Source: Eledone cirrhosa
Taxonomy: Eukaryota
Direction: 5' to 3'
Assembly: GCA_964016885.1 (NCBI GenBank)
Contig: OZ024745.1
Coordinates: 38,874,001-38,938,000, forward strand
Length of the DNA stretch: 64,000 bases
Each line of letters opens with the position of its first letter. Within the stretch, counting starts at the first letter, position 1. Under the pieces are notes generated by a model. That model ran no database searches and was not told the DNA's origin. It saw only the letters and a program-made list of their open reading frames with translations. A program made the translations under genes and the position numbers. This document shows, piece by piece, positions 12,870 to 27,653 of the stretch.

Positions 12870-15800
12870 AAAGGGACAAGAAACAACTGGACGAAATAAT
12901 TAAATAGAACTGTTATGGAATGTTACCTGATGAGTAACCCCATGGAAAAAAGGCTATAGGAAACGGATGCATAATATCTGGAACGAGATTGGTTTATTTC
13001 AATTGGCCGGGCAGGCTCGGGTAATAAGAACTAATGGATGGATAAGCGAGTTGGAACTGGATGAACTGAGCAGAGTGATTACGTTGGAAATGGAGAGTGT
13101 AGTATGTCAAGCAAACGAGCCAGTAGGAAATTAATATGAAGAGGTTGAGTAACCTGAGGAAGCATTCGAAGCAGACAATGATCTGAATGCGTAAATAAAT
13201 ACCATCTGGAAAAAGATACGGCCATTGAGGAAATTAATGCTGACGGGCTAGAACAAGATTTGGTTGATATCCTGAACTCAGTGGTAGATGAAATGAACAA
13301 TGTTTATGGAAAAACCTATGAACCTAAGGTTTGTAGACAGGAAAAAGTAAAAAGAAACAACAGCTAAGGTAAACAAAGTCATCCCATACTTTGAGGCGAG
13401 GAACCTTCACCAATGCAACAAAATCCTCAAAGATACAGCAAATGCGGTGAGGAAATTGCTTGGCATAAAAACGAGAGGAAACAACAAACAAGAAAGATCA
13501 GAAGTTTGGTGGAAGAAACGACTGAATGGTCAAATCAAGGACATGAGAAAAGAAATTGGAAAGTTTGAGTCCCTACTGAATGGGACATTACAAAACATAG
13601 ACACTAAAAATAGACTGGAAATAAAGTACAAAACTAGGGGTGGGGATCTAAATACTATCATAGAGGAACTGAAGCAACGCATTGTAGCAAAAAGTGCAAA
13701 GATTATGCGGTAGGAGAGCAGATTCAGTCAGTATAGACAGAACCATATTTTTGACAACAACCAGAAAATGTTGTTTGGACAGCTTGAAGGGAAAGAAAGA
13801 AGCAACAACTTGACCCCTGAGGTGGAACAGACTAAGACATTCTGGAGAGCAATATGGGAGCAGGATGTTGAACATAATGATCAGTCAGTGTGGATTGAGA
13901 CAGTACAAAAGGAGATTAGTGAACAGCTACACCAACAAAATGATTTGAGTATCACAGTTTCAACTCTTAAAGAGTAGACCAAAAAACTAACCAACTGGAA
14001 ATCACCAGGCCCAGATGGTGTACAGGGGTATTGGATCAAAAACATAACATTCCTCCCCACGAAACAGACAACCATGTTCAATGACTGCTTGATGTCGGGT
14101 GAGGTACCAGAGTGGTTGACAAAATGTACCACAGTTCTGGTAATGAAAGACCGAATCAAGTGTGATGATGTTACCAACTACAGACCTATCACATGTCTGT
14201 CCGTAATGTGGAAACTGTTAACAAGCATTGTGTCTGAGGAAATCTACCATCACCTCCACCTAAACAACTTGTTACCGGACGAACAGAAGACCAGTTACTT
14301 ATTGATAAGATGGTAATGAGGAATTGCAAGAGGAGACACACTGGTCTTGGCATGAGATGGATAGATTACAAAAAAGGCATTCGACATGGTACCTCATTAT
14401 TGGATAACCAGGAGCCTAAAGTTCTTCAAGGTGGCAGATAACATCAGACAGTCGTTGAGCAAAAGTATGAAATTCTGGGAAACAGAGTTAACATCGGGAG
14501 GAGAATCCTTGGGAGGCGTGAAGATCAAATGAAGCATCTTCCAGGGAGATAGTTTGGCCCCGTCTGCTGTTTGTCCTTTCCCTGATACCCTTGTCCGTTA
14601 TATTGCGCAAAGTGAGAGCAGGATACAAGTTGGGATAGGGAGAGGTTACCATAAAACACCTCCTCTTCATGGACGATCTTAAACTCTTTGGGAAGAGTGA
14701 GAACGAGTTGGATGTAATTATTGACCCTGTCCGTATTTTCGGCAATGATATATGTATGGAATTTGGTATTAATAAGTGTGAAATCCTAGTGATGAAGAGG
14801 GGTAAATTGACAACAGAAGCAACAGAATCCAGGTAGCAACAGGTGAGATAATAAAGGAAATAGACACTGAAGAAGGATACAAATAGTTAGGTCTTCTGGA
14901 GGCAGATGGCCTCAAGAAAAATAATGAAGGAATTGATAAGATCTGAATTCATAAGGAGAGTAATGAGCGTATTAAAATCACATCCAAATAATAGGAATGT
15001 CAGAAGTGCAGTGAATTCCCGAGCTGTGTCTATTATTAGGTACAGTGCGGGAATTCTGAAATGGAATGTTGCTGAACAAAAAGAAATGGATAGGAAGACT
15101 AGGAAGCTATTGACTATCTACAGCATTCTTCACAAAAGGAGTGATGTCGATAGACTCTACTTAAAGAGATACTAAGGTGGAAGAAGTCTTATCAGCATAG
15201 AGGACTGTGTTCAGATGGAGAAAAACAACCTGCACAAAATGCGACTGACAGTAGGGAGTCAATGCACAAACTTGTACTGAAGCAGAAGACAATAGACCAG
15301 GGGATGTCCAAGGAGGACATAACAACAAGGAGGAAGAGCAAACTTCATGAAAAATTCCTTCATATTACCTTCTTTAGAACAACTGAATTTAGTGATCCAC
15401 AGACATGGAACTGGTTGAAACGAGGAGACCTTAAACAAGCTACAGAACGAATGCTAATGGCTGCGCAAGAGTAGGCTCTCAGAACGAAGTGGCTGAAACA
15501 TCATATTTACAAGGAGAAGGCTAGCCCACTGTGTAGGATCTGTGGAGAAAAAGAGGAGACTGTGGCTCATATTGTATCCGAGTGTAAACACCTAGCCCCG
15601 ACTCACTATAAAGGCTGAATACATGATGTGATAGGCAGGGTGATCCACTGGCACCCATGAAAAGTAAACAATTTACCACATTCTGAGAAGTGATATGAGC
15701 ATAAGCCAGAGTCAGTGATAGAAAACGATCAGGTGAAGTTGCTACGGGATTTTAGGATACAGACGGACAAGAAATTAGAACACAATATGCCTGACCTGGT

Positions 15801-16185
15801 GGTTTTGGACAAGGAAACAAGATCGTGCCTGATTGTAGATGTAGCCTGCCCATTTGACACGAGATAGCAAGGAAAGAAGAGGGAGGAAATTAAGCGATAC
15901 CAGGACTTAAAATGGGAGGTAAAAAGGATTTGAACTGCCATGAAATCATGGTCGTTCCGATTCTCATAGGTGCACTAGGTACTATCTCAAAGAGTTTCCA
16001 AGGATGGTTAAAGAAGATCAGTCCAGCCCCGGTTTATGGAACACTTCAAAAGGCATGCTTTCTGGGAACAGCAAGAACCCTCCGATACGTCCTGAATATC
16101 CGAGGCTGCAGGCAGCGGCTTGATATTCATGTCAACAAACTTTCCAGTTAAATAACATCAACGACTGAGACTCAACGAATAACTA
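12870..16185 (+). mobile_element. R4/Dong-like RLE element, family A, copy A2 (heavily decayed; 5' UTR may extend to about 12600)
   Basis: Colinear with 1-2621 and contains the segment missing from A1 (WKSPGPDGV, NYRPITCL); same 3' UTR. Confidence 0.88.
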
Positions 16186-16265
16186 TAATAAAAGAAGGAC
16201 GATTTCTTAAGCCTTCATTACCCTTATTGATTGGTGATGCGCGTTTCGCTATTAGTCTGTTAAAA

Positions 16266-16400
16266 GTTCGATCTGTATCAACCTGGCCCGACTCTGGAAT
16301 CAAAACTCGTCGGACCGCTGCTGTTGTAATGCTATTAAAACAGCAGAGTTCCTACGAACTTTTAATTCCAGAATCGGGGAAGATTGATTCAGATCGAACC
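16266..16400. repeat. Imperfect about 135-bp palindrome (MITE-like or fold-back)
   Basis: gttcgatctg.atcaa/ttgat.cagatcgaac, ccga.tctggaat/attccaga.tcgg, ctgctgtt/aacagcag. Confidence 0.7.
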
Positions 16401-17097
16401 TTGAGCCGCCCAATAGATAAATAAACCAATAAATCAACAAAACTGCAGTTTTTTCCGTATCTTCCCATTTTAAAATGTATAAATATAAATATTCTTATTA
16501 TCTCAGTTAACTTAATTTAAATTTAACTTAATATTTACTTACATTAAATACAAAACCAATATCCCTCATGACTCATTAAAACAATGATATATAACACGAT
16601 ATACCCATCCATTCATTTATATATATATTTATCTATTTATCTATTTATTTATGTATTTATTTATGTATCTATTTATTTATTTATTTATTTTTAAATCTAT
16701 TTTTTTCTATCTATTTATTTTTCTATCTACTTATAAAATAAAATATTATATTAGAAAATAATTTAAAGCAACTAATTTATCGTAAATACACGTACTATTA
16801 GAAATATACTTAGAATATATTTCCCCAAAATTAACGTTATATGAGTTTTATTGATCCTCTTGTTCATTTCTTCTCTCTATTTCTCTCGTATTATTTTTTA
16901 TCTTGATCCACTTATATTGTTCTCTCTCTCTGTCCTCCAGTGTCATTTAAATAAACGGTTTTTCAATTATTTACATATTAATTTGCATATTCACACTTAA
17001 GTTTGAATAATCCATAATATATTTCCACTGTCCAGTGAATTTCCAACCGATAAGGTATGATTCTCATGGGTATGTCTCTATTTATAAAACAAATTTG

Positions 17098-17290
17098 TAT
17101 TTTATATGATTAACGCGTAACAATGTTGTCTTGGTTGCCCTTGAAATATATATAATAAAATAAATCTGGTTTTATAAATATAGTTTCCACTTATTTAATA
17201 TCATTGAATATTTACTCCAGTAACCCCTTTGAGTGCTCTAAATCAGTAATAAACATTTATGTTCGTCGTACTTCTAACAAATTAAATACC
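17098..17290 (+). mobile_element. Diverged relative of the 19912/33752 hammerhead family (core mutated)
   Basis: tattttat-atgatta-...ctt-gaaa-tatata-ta-ataaaata, then tctggttttataaatatagtttcca as in 20438-20540. Confidence 0.6.
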
Positions 17291-17344
17291 ACTTCTACTT
17301 ATATACGTATATATATATGTGTGTGTGTGTGTAAAGTTAAAGAT

Positions 17345-17442
17345 CCCTTTACGTTCTAAGTTCACATCCCACTGTGATTAACCTAGCCTTTCCTCCTTTC
17401 GGGATCGATAAACTAAAGTGCTAGTAACTTACTGGGGTCGTT
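17345..17442 (+). mobile_element. Octopus-type SINE fragment
   Basis: Reverse-complement relative of 12149-12320 (gcctttc.tcctttcggg.tcgataaa...tactggggtcg). Confidence 0.6.
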
Positions 17443-17933
17443 GGGTTTAAAGTAGAATTCGAAACCCTTATTGTCTTGAGGACTGTGTATTGAGAAACTA
17501 TAAATATTCTAAGGAGATTACGCAATAGCGATTGCCTAAATTCAAGAAATGATATCTTCTTACATCGTCCATATGTCTGGAAACACCTCTTGCATAACTA
17601 CAAAGCTACGGATTGAATAACAACAGCATTCTAATTTTCTAAGCAACTCGAACATCTTTTTCGGACTTTCGGTTTCTGCACATGCGCGTTCATACGGCTG
17701 TTCTTCCTGTTCCGTAAAATCATGTGAGTCCGTGCTGCAGATTGGCATAAGGTGGAAAAATTGATCTCGGTATAGTGAACTAACTGTTATGTTACTACTT
17801 CTACCAAATTCGTCCCAGTGACCGAGCGCTCTACCACTACGGTTATTGCCTTCCAGTGTTCTACCTCTCTTATTTTCTCGCTCTCTTTTTCTCTCTCTAT
17901 ATATATCTCTTTCTCTCTCTCCCTCATTCTCCA

Positions 17934-17991
<58 letters not shown>

Positions 17992-17993
17992 TG

Positions 17994-18210
17994 TTAAAAT
18001 AACAGATTAAAGTTTAAGCAAAGCATCGCTGCTTTCACCCTTAACGGGATTTTCTGAAACAAAAGGCTGAAAGGGTGAAAGCAGCGATTCTTTGCTTAAA
18101 CTTTAATCTGTTATTTTAATAAATATTTGCTCTAGGGTTCTTATATATTTGATATATATTTATCCTTATCGAGCCCTACTTGGATTTTAGTCTTCATATT
18201 TATTATTATT
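17994..18210. mobile_element. Fold-back element with about 57-bp arms carrying a hammerhead 3' half, in (TA)n
   Basis: 17994-18052 is the reverse complement of 18070-18119 region; minus arm reads aagggt-GAAA-gca-gcga-tgc-TT. Confidence 0.7.
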
Positions 18211-18219
18211 ATATATATG

Positions 18220-18254
<35 letters not shown>

Positions 18255-18307
18255 GCGCACACACACACAGATACATGTATATATATATATATATATATAC
18301 ACATGCG

Positions 18308-18350
<43 letters not shown>

Positions 18351-18368
18351 ATATATATACATATATAA

Positions 18369-18399
<31 letters not shown>

Positions 18400-18420
18400 C
18401 ATATATATACATATACATGC

Positions 18421-18495
<75 letters not shown>

Positions 18496-18571
18496 TATAT
18501 ACATATACATGCATGTATATATAAATATATATATATTTATATATATATATACATATATATACATATACATG

Positions 18572-18634
<63 letters not shown>

Positions 18635-18639
18635 ATATT

Positions 18640-19755
18640 GGTCGGGATTGCGCATGTCTGCGCTTCTCCCACCAGGTTTTCGATGACAAACGCCAGCTTC
18701 TTTGCCAACCCATCGGCCAAAATCTGTAACTCTGTGTTGAGCAGAGTTATGGGCCGGAAGTTACCTACGTCATCCCCCTTGTTCTCGTCCTTCCTGACTA
18801 ACATGATTACGCCCTTGGTCACAGAACTGGGAATTCTCCCGTTCTGCTGCCAGTTGCAGTAAACCGCTTCCAGGAGACCGGAGAACAAGTCCGGCACTGC
18901 TACGTAAAATTCGTAGGGTAGACCGTCGAGACCTGGAGATTTGCGTTTGCCGCATTGGCTCATCGCGTACCCTATCTCAGCGGCCGAAATCGGCCTTTCG
19001 CAGAACTGTGCCTCGCTGTCCGAGAGTCGCGGTAGGCCGTCGCGGTATGAACCGAAACTCATCGCCCCTCCCGGCGCGCAGCCCTGCCCGAACAGTTAAG
19101 CAAAGTGTCGCTGAAAGGCCGCGCACATTTGCTTCGGCTCACGTATCACGCGTCCGTCTTGGTCTTTCAAAGACCGAATCGTGGACATGTTGCCACTTTT
19201 CGCCTCCGTTACTCGGGCCCAACTAACTGCTTTGGCTCCCTCGTTTCCCAGAGTACGTATTTTGCTTCTGACAACGCAGCCTTCATGCTTTCCGTCGAAC
19301 AACCAGTCCAAGGCCGTTCCCGTCGCTAGCATGCTGGCTACATGGCCACTCCTAAGTGCCTCTTCTACATTATCTACCAGTTCCTTTTCAGTCTTATTTC
19401 TATCTAACACCAATTATTTACTGAAACCTTTCGAGTCTAATCTAACTGCCCTCTTGAGAGAGTACCACCATCTGTTGTTGACGATGGCCCCCGTCAAGTG
19501 CTGCTTAACTAAAGTGCTAATCCGTCTACTGTAGGCTTTGCATGTCGGTAACGATAAGTACAGCTTCCTGTAGCCGGGTCCCTGCATATGGGTTTTGTCA
19601 AGGTTGACTAAGCAGGTCACTAATTTGTGATCTGAATAGGCAACCGTGAACATTTGTGGACAGCTTAACATGTCCCTATCCTTCTGTCTAACTATAACCC
19701 TATCTAGGTACGATCTAGATGTTCCGCGACGATTAGTCCACGTCCACAGTGGCAT
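18640..19755 (-). mobile_element. Tx1/L1-clade LINE ORF2 fragment (end of APE endonuclease to start of RT)
   Basis: WTW...SYLDRV...SDHK and [13 protein letters not shown]...[14 protein letters not shown]; in-frame stops; bounded by (TA)n on both sides. Confidence 0.85.
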
Positions 19756-19767
19756 ATATATATATAT

Positions 19768-19810
<43 letters not shown>

Positions 19811-19828
19811 ATACATTTACACACACAC

Positions 19829-19913
<85 letters not shown>

Positions 19914-20038
19914 AAGTTAATTTAAATTGTTGGGATACAACAAGCAAATATTTTTATAACTGATATAAAGCACTCAACAAATATTTGGAGTAAAAATACG
20001 ATATTAATAAATGGAAATTATATTTATAAAACCATATT

Positions 20039-20103
20039 TATTTCATTATACATATTTCAAGGACACCAAGTTAAATTATGGTGTGCTTTCATCAGATAAA
20101 ATA
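20039..20103 (-). ncRNA. Type I hammerhead ribozyme motif
   Basis: Reverse complement of 20438-20502 with intact core. Confidence 0.8.
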
Positions 20104-20437
20104 TGATATAGAACAGTTTTATAAATAAATATTGACATACCCTTAAAGAATGCAATAGTGGAGTTGTAGCTTTAGTTAAGTAAGTCAGTATTGGATATTT
20201 TAAAAATAAGCCGTTGGGTTATGGAGACAGAGAAAGATAGAGAAGGAAAGAGAGAGAAAGAGCAGAACAACTTCTCTATATTTCTCTGTCTCCATAACCC
20301 AACTGCTTATTTTTAAAAATACCCAATACTAACTTACTTAACTAAAGCTACAACTCCACTGTCCGGGAGCTTCCAACAGTAATGCTTGCATTAGTTAAGG
20401 GTATGTCAATATTTATTTATAAAACTGTTCTATATTA

Positions 20438-20502
20438 TATTTTATCTGATGAAAGCACACCATAATTTAACTTGGTGTCCTTGAAATATGTATAATGAAA
20501 TA
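20438..20502 (+). ncRNA. Type I hammerhead ribozyme motif (minimal stem III)
   Basis: tattttat-CTGATGA-aagcacacca(loop)tggtgtcctt-GAAA-tatgta-TA-atgaaata; stems I and II pair. Confidence 0.82.
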
Positions 20503-20541
20503 AATATGGTTGTATAAATATAGTTTCCATTTATTAATATC

Positions 20542-20592
<51 letters not shown>

Positions 20593-21699
20593 TACATACA
20601 CATACATACATATATATATATATATATACATACCTAGATATGTTCCTTTTTATAATGTCGGTTGGGCTGCCTTTGTTATCGTGTTAATATACCACTTGTA
20701 GTTTTTGTGAAAGGAAAAAAAGCATTGTTGGCCTTTAAATCTAGTGGAGCATGAATTATCCGTTGAACATATTTGGCTTGTGCTCAGAACATATTTCAAA
20801 CACTCCATCAACTACAGAAACAGATGGTGGTGTTAGCCTCAGGGTTTTCCTTCCCCGAAAGCAAAAATATGTTGGATCTTTATTAAATGTCTGTATGTAT
20901 TTTGTTTTCTACTTGTTCGCCTATTCGCCGTAACTTGTAATGACTGATTCAAACAGATCTTCTATTGGAGCTTATCGCACGAATGATTTACATAAATACA
21001 ACTAAAAATACAAATGGAAATAAGGATAAACCATAAATCGATGAAAAAATTGCCCCTCTTTACCTTAGGCAGATATTGTTACTTAGGAATGCATTATTTG
21101 TATTATTGTTAGTATTACAATTGGTATTATATTCGTACAAGTGGGACCAAGCAACACTATTTAAGGTTTTCGTTGGGGACTTTTCAAATGTTGCTTCTAC
21201 TTTTGTGAAGTCGGTTGCAAATCTTTGCTAAGTGCCGCAGAATTGACGTCATGGCAATCATCGAGGAACGGGCTCTAGCCAGTTCCAGAAATAAAATGTT
21301 TGAAACAATTCCATTATTTCGAAGATAACGACTCAATTTGTAGAGATCGGATTGTACATTATTAAGCAGTTGTGTTATCTGTTGATGAATGTTTTGGTAG
21401 TAATTATAGAAGGCTCTACGACTGTAAACGCAATAACGATAAGAGCAGTAGCAGTAATTATAACAACAATGATAACAGCAAAAGTAAGAGCAACTATAAC
21501 AAGAACATCCGGCACAACATCAATAGGGACTGTATATTTGTAGATAATGATGTTTCCTCTCTATGAATTTGGCAGTCAGAAAACCAGTAGTAACACTGCA
21601 ACCCCCACCACCAGCATAGTCCCGATTACGTTACAACAGGAAAAGCAATAACACCAACAGCAATTTAACCAAAAGCAACACTGGGGAGCAAATCAATAT

Positions 21700-22580
21700 G
21701 AAGTCGGTAACTTCTGGTTGTCCTCATCAACACAATGGAACCTATTTTGATTGATAAACGAATGACCGCCGACGAAACTTCGAATTGGCTCTGGCTCCGC
21801 CCAGTAGACGTCACTCTTGATCTTCTTGTAGACCTCCAATCGCCACAGAGTACATGGGGTGCCATACAGTATTCTCGGACAGGCTAGCCCGTCAGCTGGA
21901 CCAGCACCACCTCACATTTTTTTGCTCGGCCTCGTAACCCCACACCGGAGCCTGGCTCAATGCCTTACCCGCCTTTACAATTGGCACGCAGTTGGATAAT
22001 GATAGCTTGCGAATCAGGGTTTAGTTGAGGCTCGGCCTCCAGATACGAGCCAAATGTTTCTGCAGATCCACCGTTGACTCTTTTGGCCTCGAATCACTGT
22101 CCAGTCGCTTGATGCCGGCCACCTTCCTCACAATGCTGCGCTCAACCCGGTTTTAAAGCATGGCCTGGATACTGTACGCATACTACACCAGCTCGATCCG
22201 GTGGGGCTGGATCAAGGAGGCTGCAAAAGGAAAGACGGCATGACTATTTTCCGTTGCATAGTAGTACACGCCATATGCAGCGCCTCATTCGGCAGCAGCA
22301 ACCTGGTGCAGTTTGCAACTAGCCCAGACTCTGCTGCACTTCGGGCTGATGAGAGAAAACTCTCCAAATATCGCTCACTCTCCGACAGGTTTGCGGTGGA
22401 GCCCGTAGCGGTTGAGAAATCTGGTGTGCTTCGCGCTAGGCCGCTTCCCTACTCACCACCATCTGCTCAGAGTTGACTAGCCGTATGTCTGAGCCTCGTC
22501 AGCTGGAATGGCTCATCCAGCGCGTCTCCCTCACCCTCCATTGGGGATATGACTTCTCTATGCTATCCCAGAAGGCCGCG
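21700..22580 (+). mobile_element. CRE-clade-like RLE non-LTR retrotransposon 3' remnant
   Basis: WLNALPAFTIGTQLDNDSLRI..LRLG, GCKRKDGMT (RPDG-like), RKLSKY..L...FAVEPVAVEKSG. Confidence 0.7.
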
Positions 22581-24108
22581 CGTAGCCAAGATGGCAGATG
22601 TATATCTATAAAAACACTGAAGATGAAGCAAAGAATCCTTTGTAAGATTAAAGCACACGAATTTAAGTTCTCTACAAACTAAGCATAAATAATTAATAAT
22701 TAATTCCAAAAAATACTTAATAAAGTTGATCAAACTGATGCACAGTCGTATGTTCAATATAGCATGTGTGAAATAAATCTGTTAAAAAGATTTACGAATA
22801 TGTACACACACACATACACACACACACACATTTGTATATGTATATATAGTTTGTGAGCGTGTTTTTTCGGGAATTTCTTTTGAGACAAGTGTCTAATATG
22901 TAATACATAATTTTAGAAAATAAAAATTCAGTGTAATGATTAAAATTTAAATAATTATAGTAAACAGTAATTCCGGAATATTATTTGAAAGTATAAAAAT
23001 GATGTAAGTAAATATCCTGAATTACCAGAGAAATGTCGTAGAGCAAATTTTATGAAAGTCCACGATGAACAAACAAACAAAGAAGAAAATTCATTTCACA
23101 AGTCAATACGATTTCAAGGATATAATTACAAATTATTTTGGCATACATACACACAGACATGTATATAGTTTTTCACTTTTATCTGTCAGTGTACGTCTTA
23201 GCCTGTGTGTGTGGAAAAGCAAACGCATAATTATATAGATATGTGCTTGTTTCAGGGTATATACGTGAGAGTGAAAGGGAGAATTAATCATAGTGATGAA
23301 CAGTGAAGTATGTTTTTCAAAGCTTATTCTAAGTTGAGAGGGAGCATAAATATATAACTATAAAACCTAATGTAATAACTATAAAACTTACAATACACAC
23401 ACACACAAACACGCACACCCATACACAAACATGCCCCAACGCGCATATATATATACATATATATATAACGAAGAGGTCTTTGTATTTCAATCTTACATCA
23501 TTATATTTAATACGTTTTTACTGTTATATATATTTCAGTACCATCTATCATATATATATATATATGGCTTACCCGCTTAAAGTGCTTGCCACACAATAAT
23601 CGTATAAAAATGAGACACACTTGCATGCTCCATGTGTAACTAACGCATACACTACCTACTAGATCTGACTATCAAACTATCCTCTTGCATTATCTGTGTT
23701 AACTGCCGAATGTATTTTAATTTTAATTTTGATTTTGATTTTGATCTTGTATTTGAATTGCTGTACAAAGATAGTATAGTATAATATATGTCACTCCACT
23801 GTACATCAATATATATATATATATATATATGTATCTGTATGTCTCTTGCGTTGGACAGGAGGTCAATTATGTGTACAAACATTGAAAAATGCTCCGAAGA
23901 ATCCAAGCCTAGGTTTGGATGAAACAATTGTAAGTGAATAAATGCTTTGAATATAGCTGTAATTCTTGTGAATTCTATATCACTGCTCTGTAGAACAACT
24001 GTTGTTATTACATTGAACTATTTATCTTACTGGTAATAAGGTAGTAATAACTATAAACAAGTTTAATATATAACCATACAGTTTAATAAACAACTATAAA
24101 TAGTATCC

Positions 24109-24149
<41 letters not shown>

Positions 24150-24449
24150 GAGAGAGAGAGAGAGGGGGGAGGTAGGGAGGGGAGGAGATAGATATAGAGA
24201 AGGGGGAGCGTGGATTAGAGACGAACAAATTTGGAGAAATTATGTATTAAACATGCAAGAAGAGGGACGAGCAGGATCGGTTCAATCCATTTTGGGCTTG
24301 CTACAAGAAGGATACAGTTTAATTACTGGAAACAGTAAAATATTACAACTAGAAGAAAAATGACATGAAAAAAGTAAATAAATAAACGTAAGCAACTTTT
24401 CAAGAAATTTATCCGGGACACATTTTGTTCTAATATTGCCATTTATCTC

Positions 24450-25300
24450 AACCTAAATATTTCGAAAGGATAATAACGTATTATTACCGAATACGGGTAG
24501 ATTATCAACAGTCGAAATATTATCAAGTCTTTGACACAGCTGAATTATCCTGTCTGTGCTTCGTTTTACAGGTTCTGGGTGGCTGGATGGCCTTCCTATC
24601 AACATATATTTTGCAAAGTTTACTGTATATGTGTATCGTGAAGATCTCCAATAGTGCTGAACACAACTGAAAATCGTCACGACTCGTTCTAGCAGGATTT
24701 CTACGAAGGTTCATCAAGCGTATCCCTCACAATCTTACAGGCTGTTCCGGGTGGCACCAGCAGCAGAGAGATTCATGGTTATTGCTTCGACGAAAGAACC
24801 CTCTCTACGATAGCGGGTTTAAGAACGAAGATATATACGATGTCATAGTTGTATGAAAACTGTGATGGTCTGGTCGAATTTGAGAATGTGGTGACTAGGA
24901 AGTGTGCTTGTGACCTCCAACAACGTGGGAGATATTGTGGTGATGACAGTACTGCTGTAACATGAATGTTTGTAGGACGGAATAATCCTGCATAAAATAT
25001 GGGTGATACGATTTAGGAGAGCATGGTATGATTCTGGATTGAATAGAGTGGTGTGCGTAAAGAGATGGTGAGAATAGATATTGGGGTGAGAGAACAGCGC
25101 GGGGAATGGGATGTGTCAGCTCTCATTTCATGCTGGCTAGCGTGTCTTCAACCAAACAGCGTGTCACGCTACTCGTGTACGACGATATTCCTACTTTTTC
25201 TGGGTCTGGATTTTCCACCAGTTCCCTGCATTGTGACTTCTCACCAATTTGTTCAGGTACAAACAAACATTTTGAACACTTTATTTCTTTATTGAGATTT
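24450..25300 (-). mobile_element. Highly decayed Penelope-like remnant
   Basis: LCKIYVD...RT.KTKH resembles the GIY-YIG YIG..T...R..EH motif; very degenerate. Confidence 0.35.
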
Positions 25301-25674
25301 TTTATATTTAAAACTTTTCCTTAACTTATATGACTTACATCCGAATTCATGTTTTTTTTGTTTTCTCTATCTTCCCCACTGTATCTTCTCTTTCTATATT
25401 CCCTCTCAGCACAAACACTGCACACTGTACTTATTTCTATTACTATTCTTGGTCAATTACAACTACTCCTTTTGCTTTATTCGTGTATTTACTCGAAAAG
25501 TCCCACACTGCCCCATTCTACCTCATATTTTCATTTTTTTTAAAATTTCCTGTTCCGATGCTATGTCTGCTGTGAACACCGATAGATAGCTGAAGTGTAA
25601 GGATTATTTCTTTTTTTTTTTCAGTTGTCCGTCACTGTCTTTAATTAACCGCGCGTGCCCATACACACACACAT

Positions 25675-26276
<602 letters not shown>

Positions 26277-26300
26277 TATATGTATATACATATATATATA

Positions 26301-27405
<1,105 letters not shown>

Positions 27406-27653
27406 CGTTTCTGAATTTGTTTAGCAAGATCCTTTATCTGAAATCGTGTGTTGAAACCGATATTGTTATACTTTGGGAGGGTCATGTTGCCAATAAGAAA
27501 CACACGCACCAGTGCTTTCAATTCAATTTATTATATATTTATTAATTTATAAATTTACAAATCTACAAACTTAAACAGGCTTAAACAGGCAAAGCTAAAT
27601 CGGGATACTATAGAGTATACCAATAGATATCCCACAAAATTGACAGTATCAAT

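Larger units (their letters stand above)
19912..20543. mobile_element. Fold-back non-coding element with a hammerhead in each arm, in (TA)n
   Basis: About 19997-20242 is the reverse complement of about 20273-20543; same family at 33752-35180. Confidence 0.85.
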
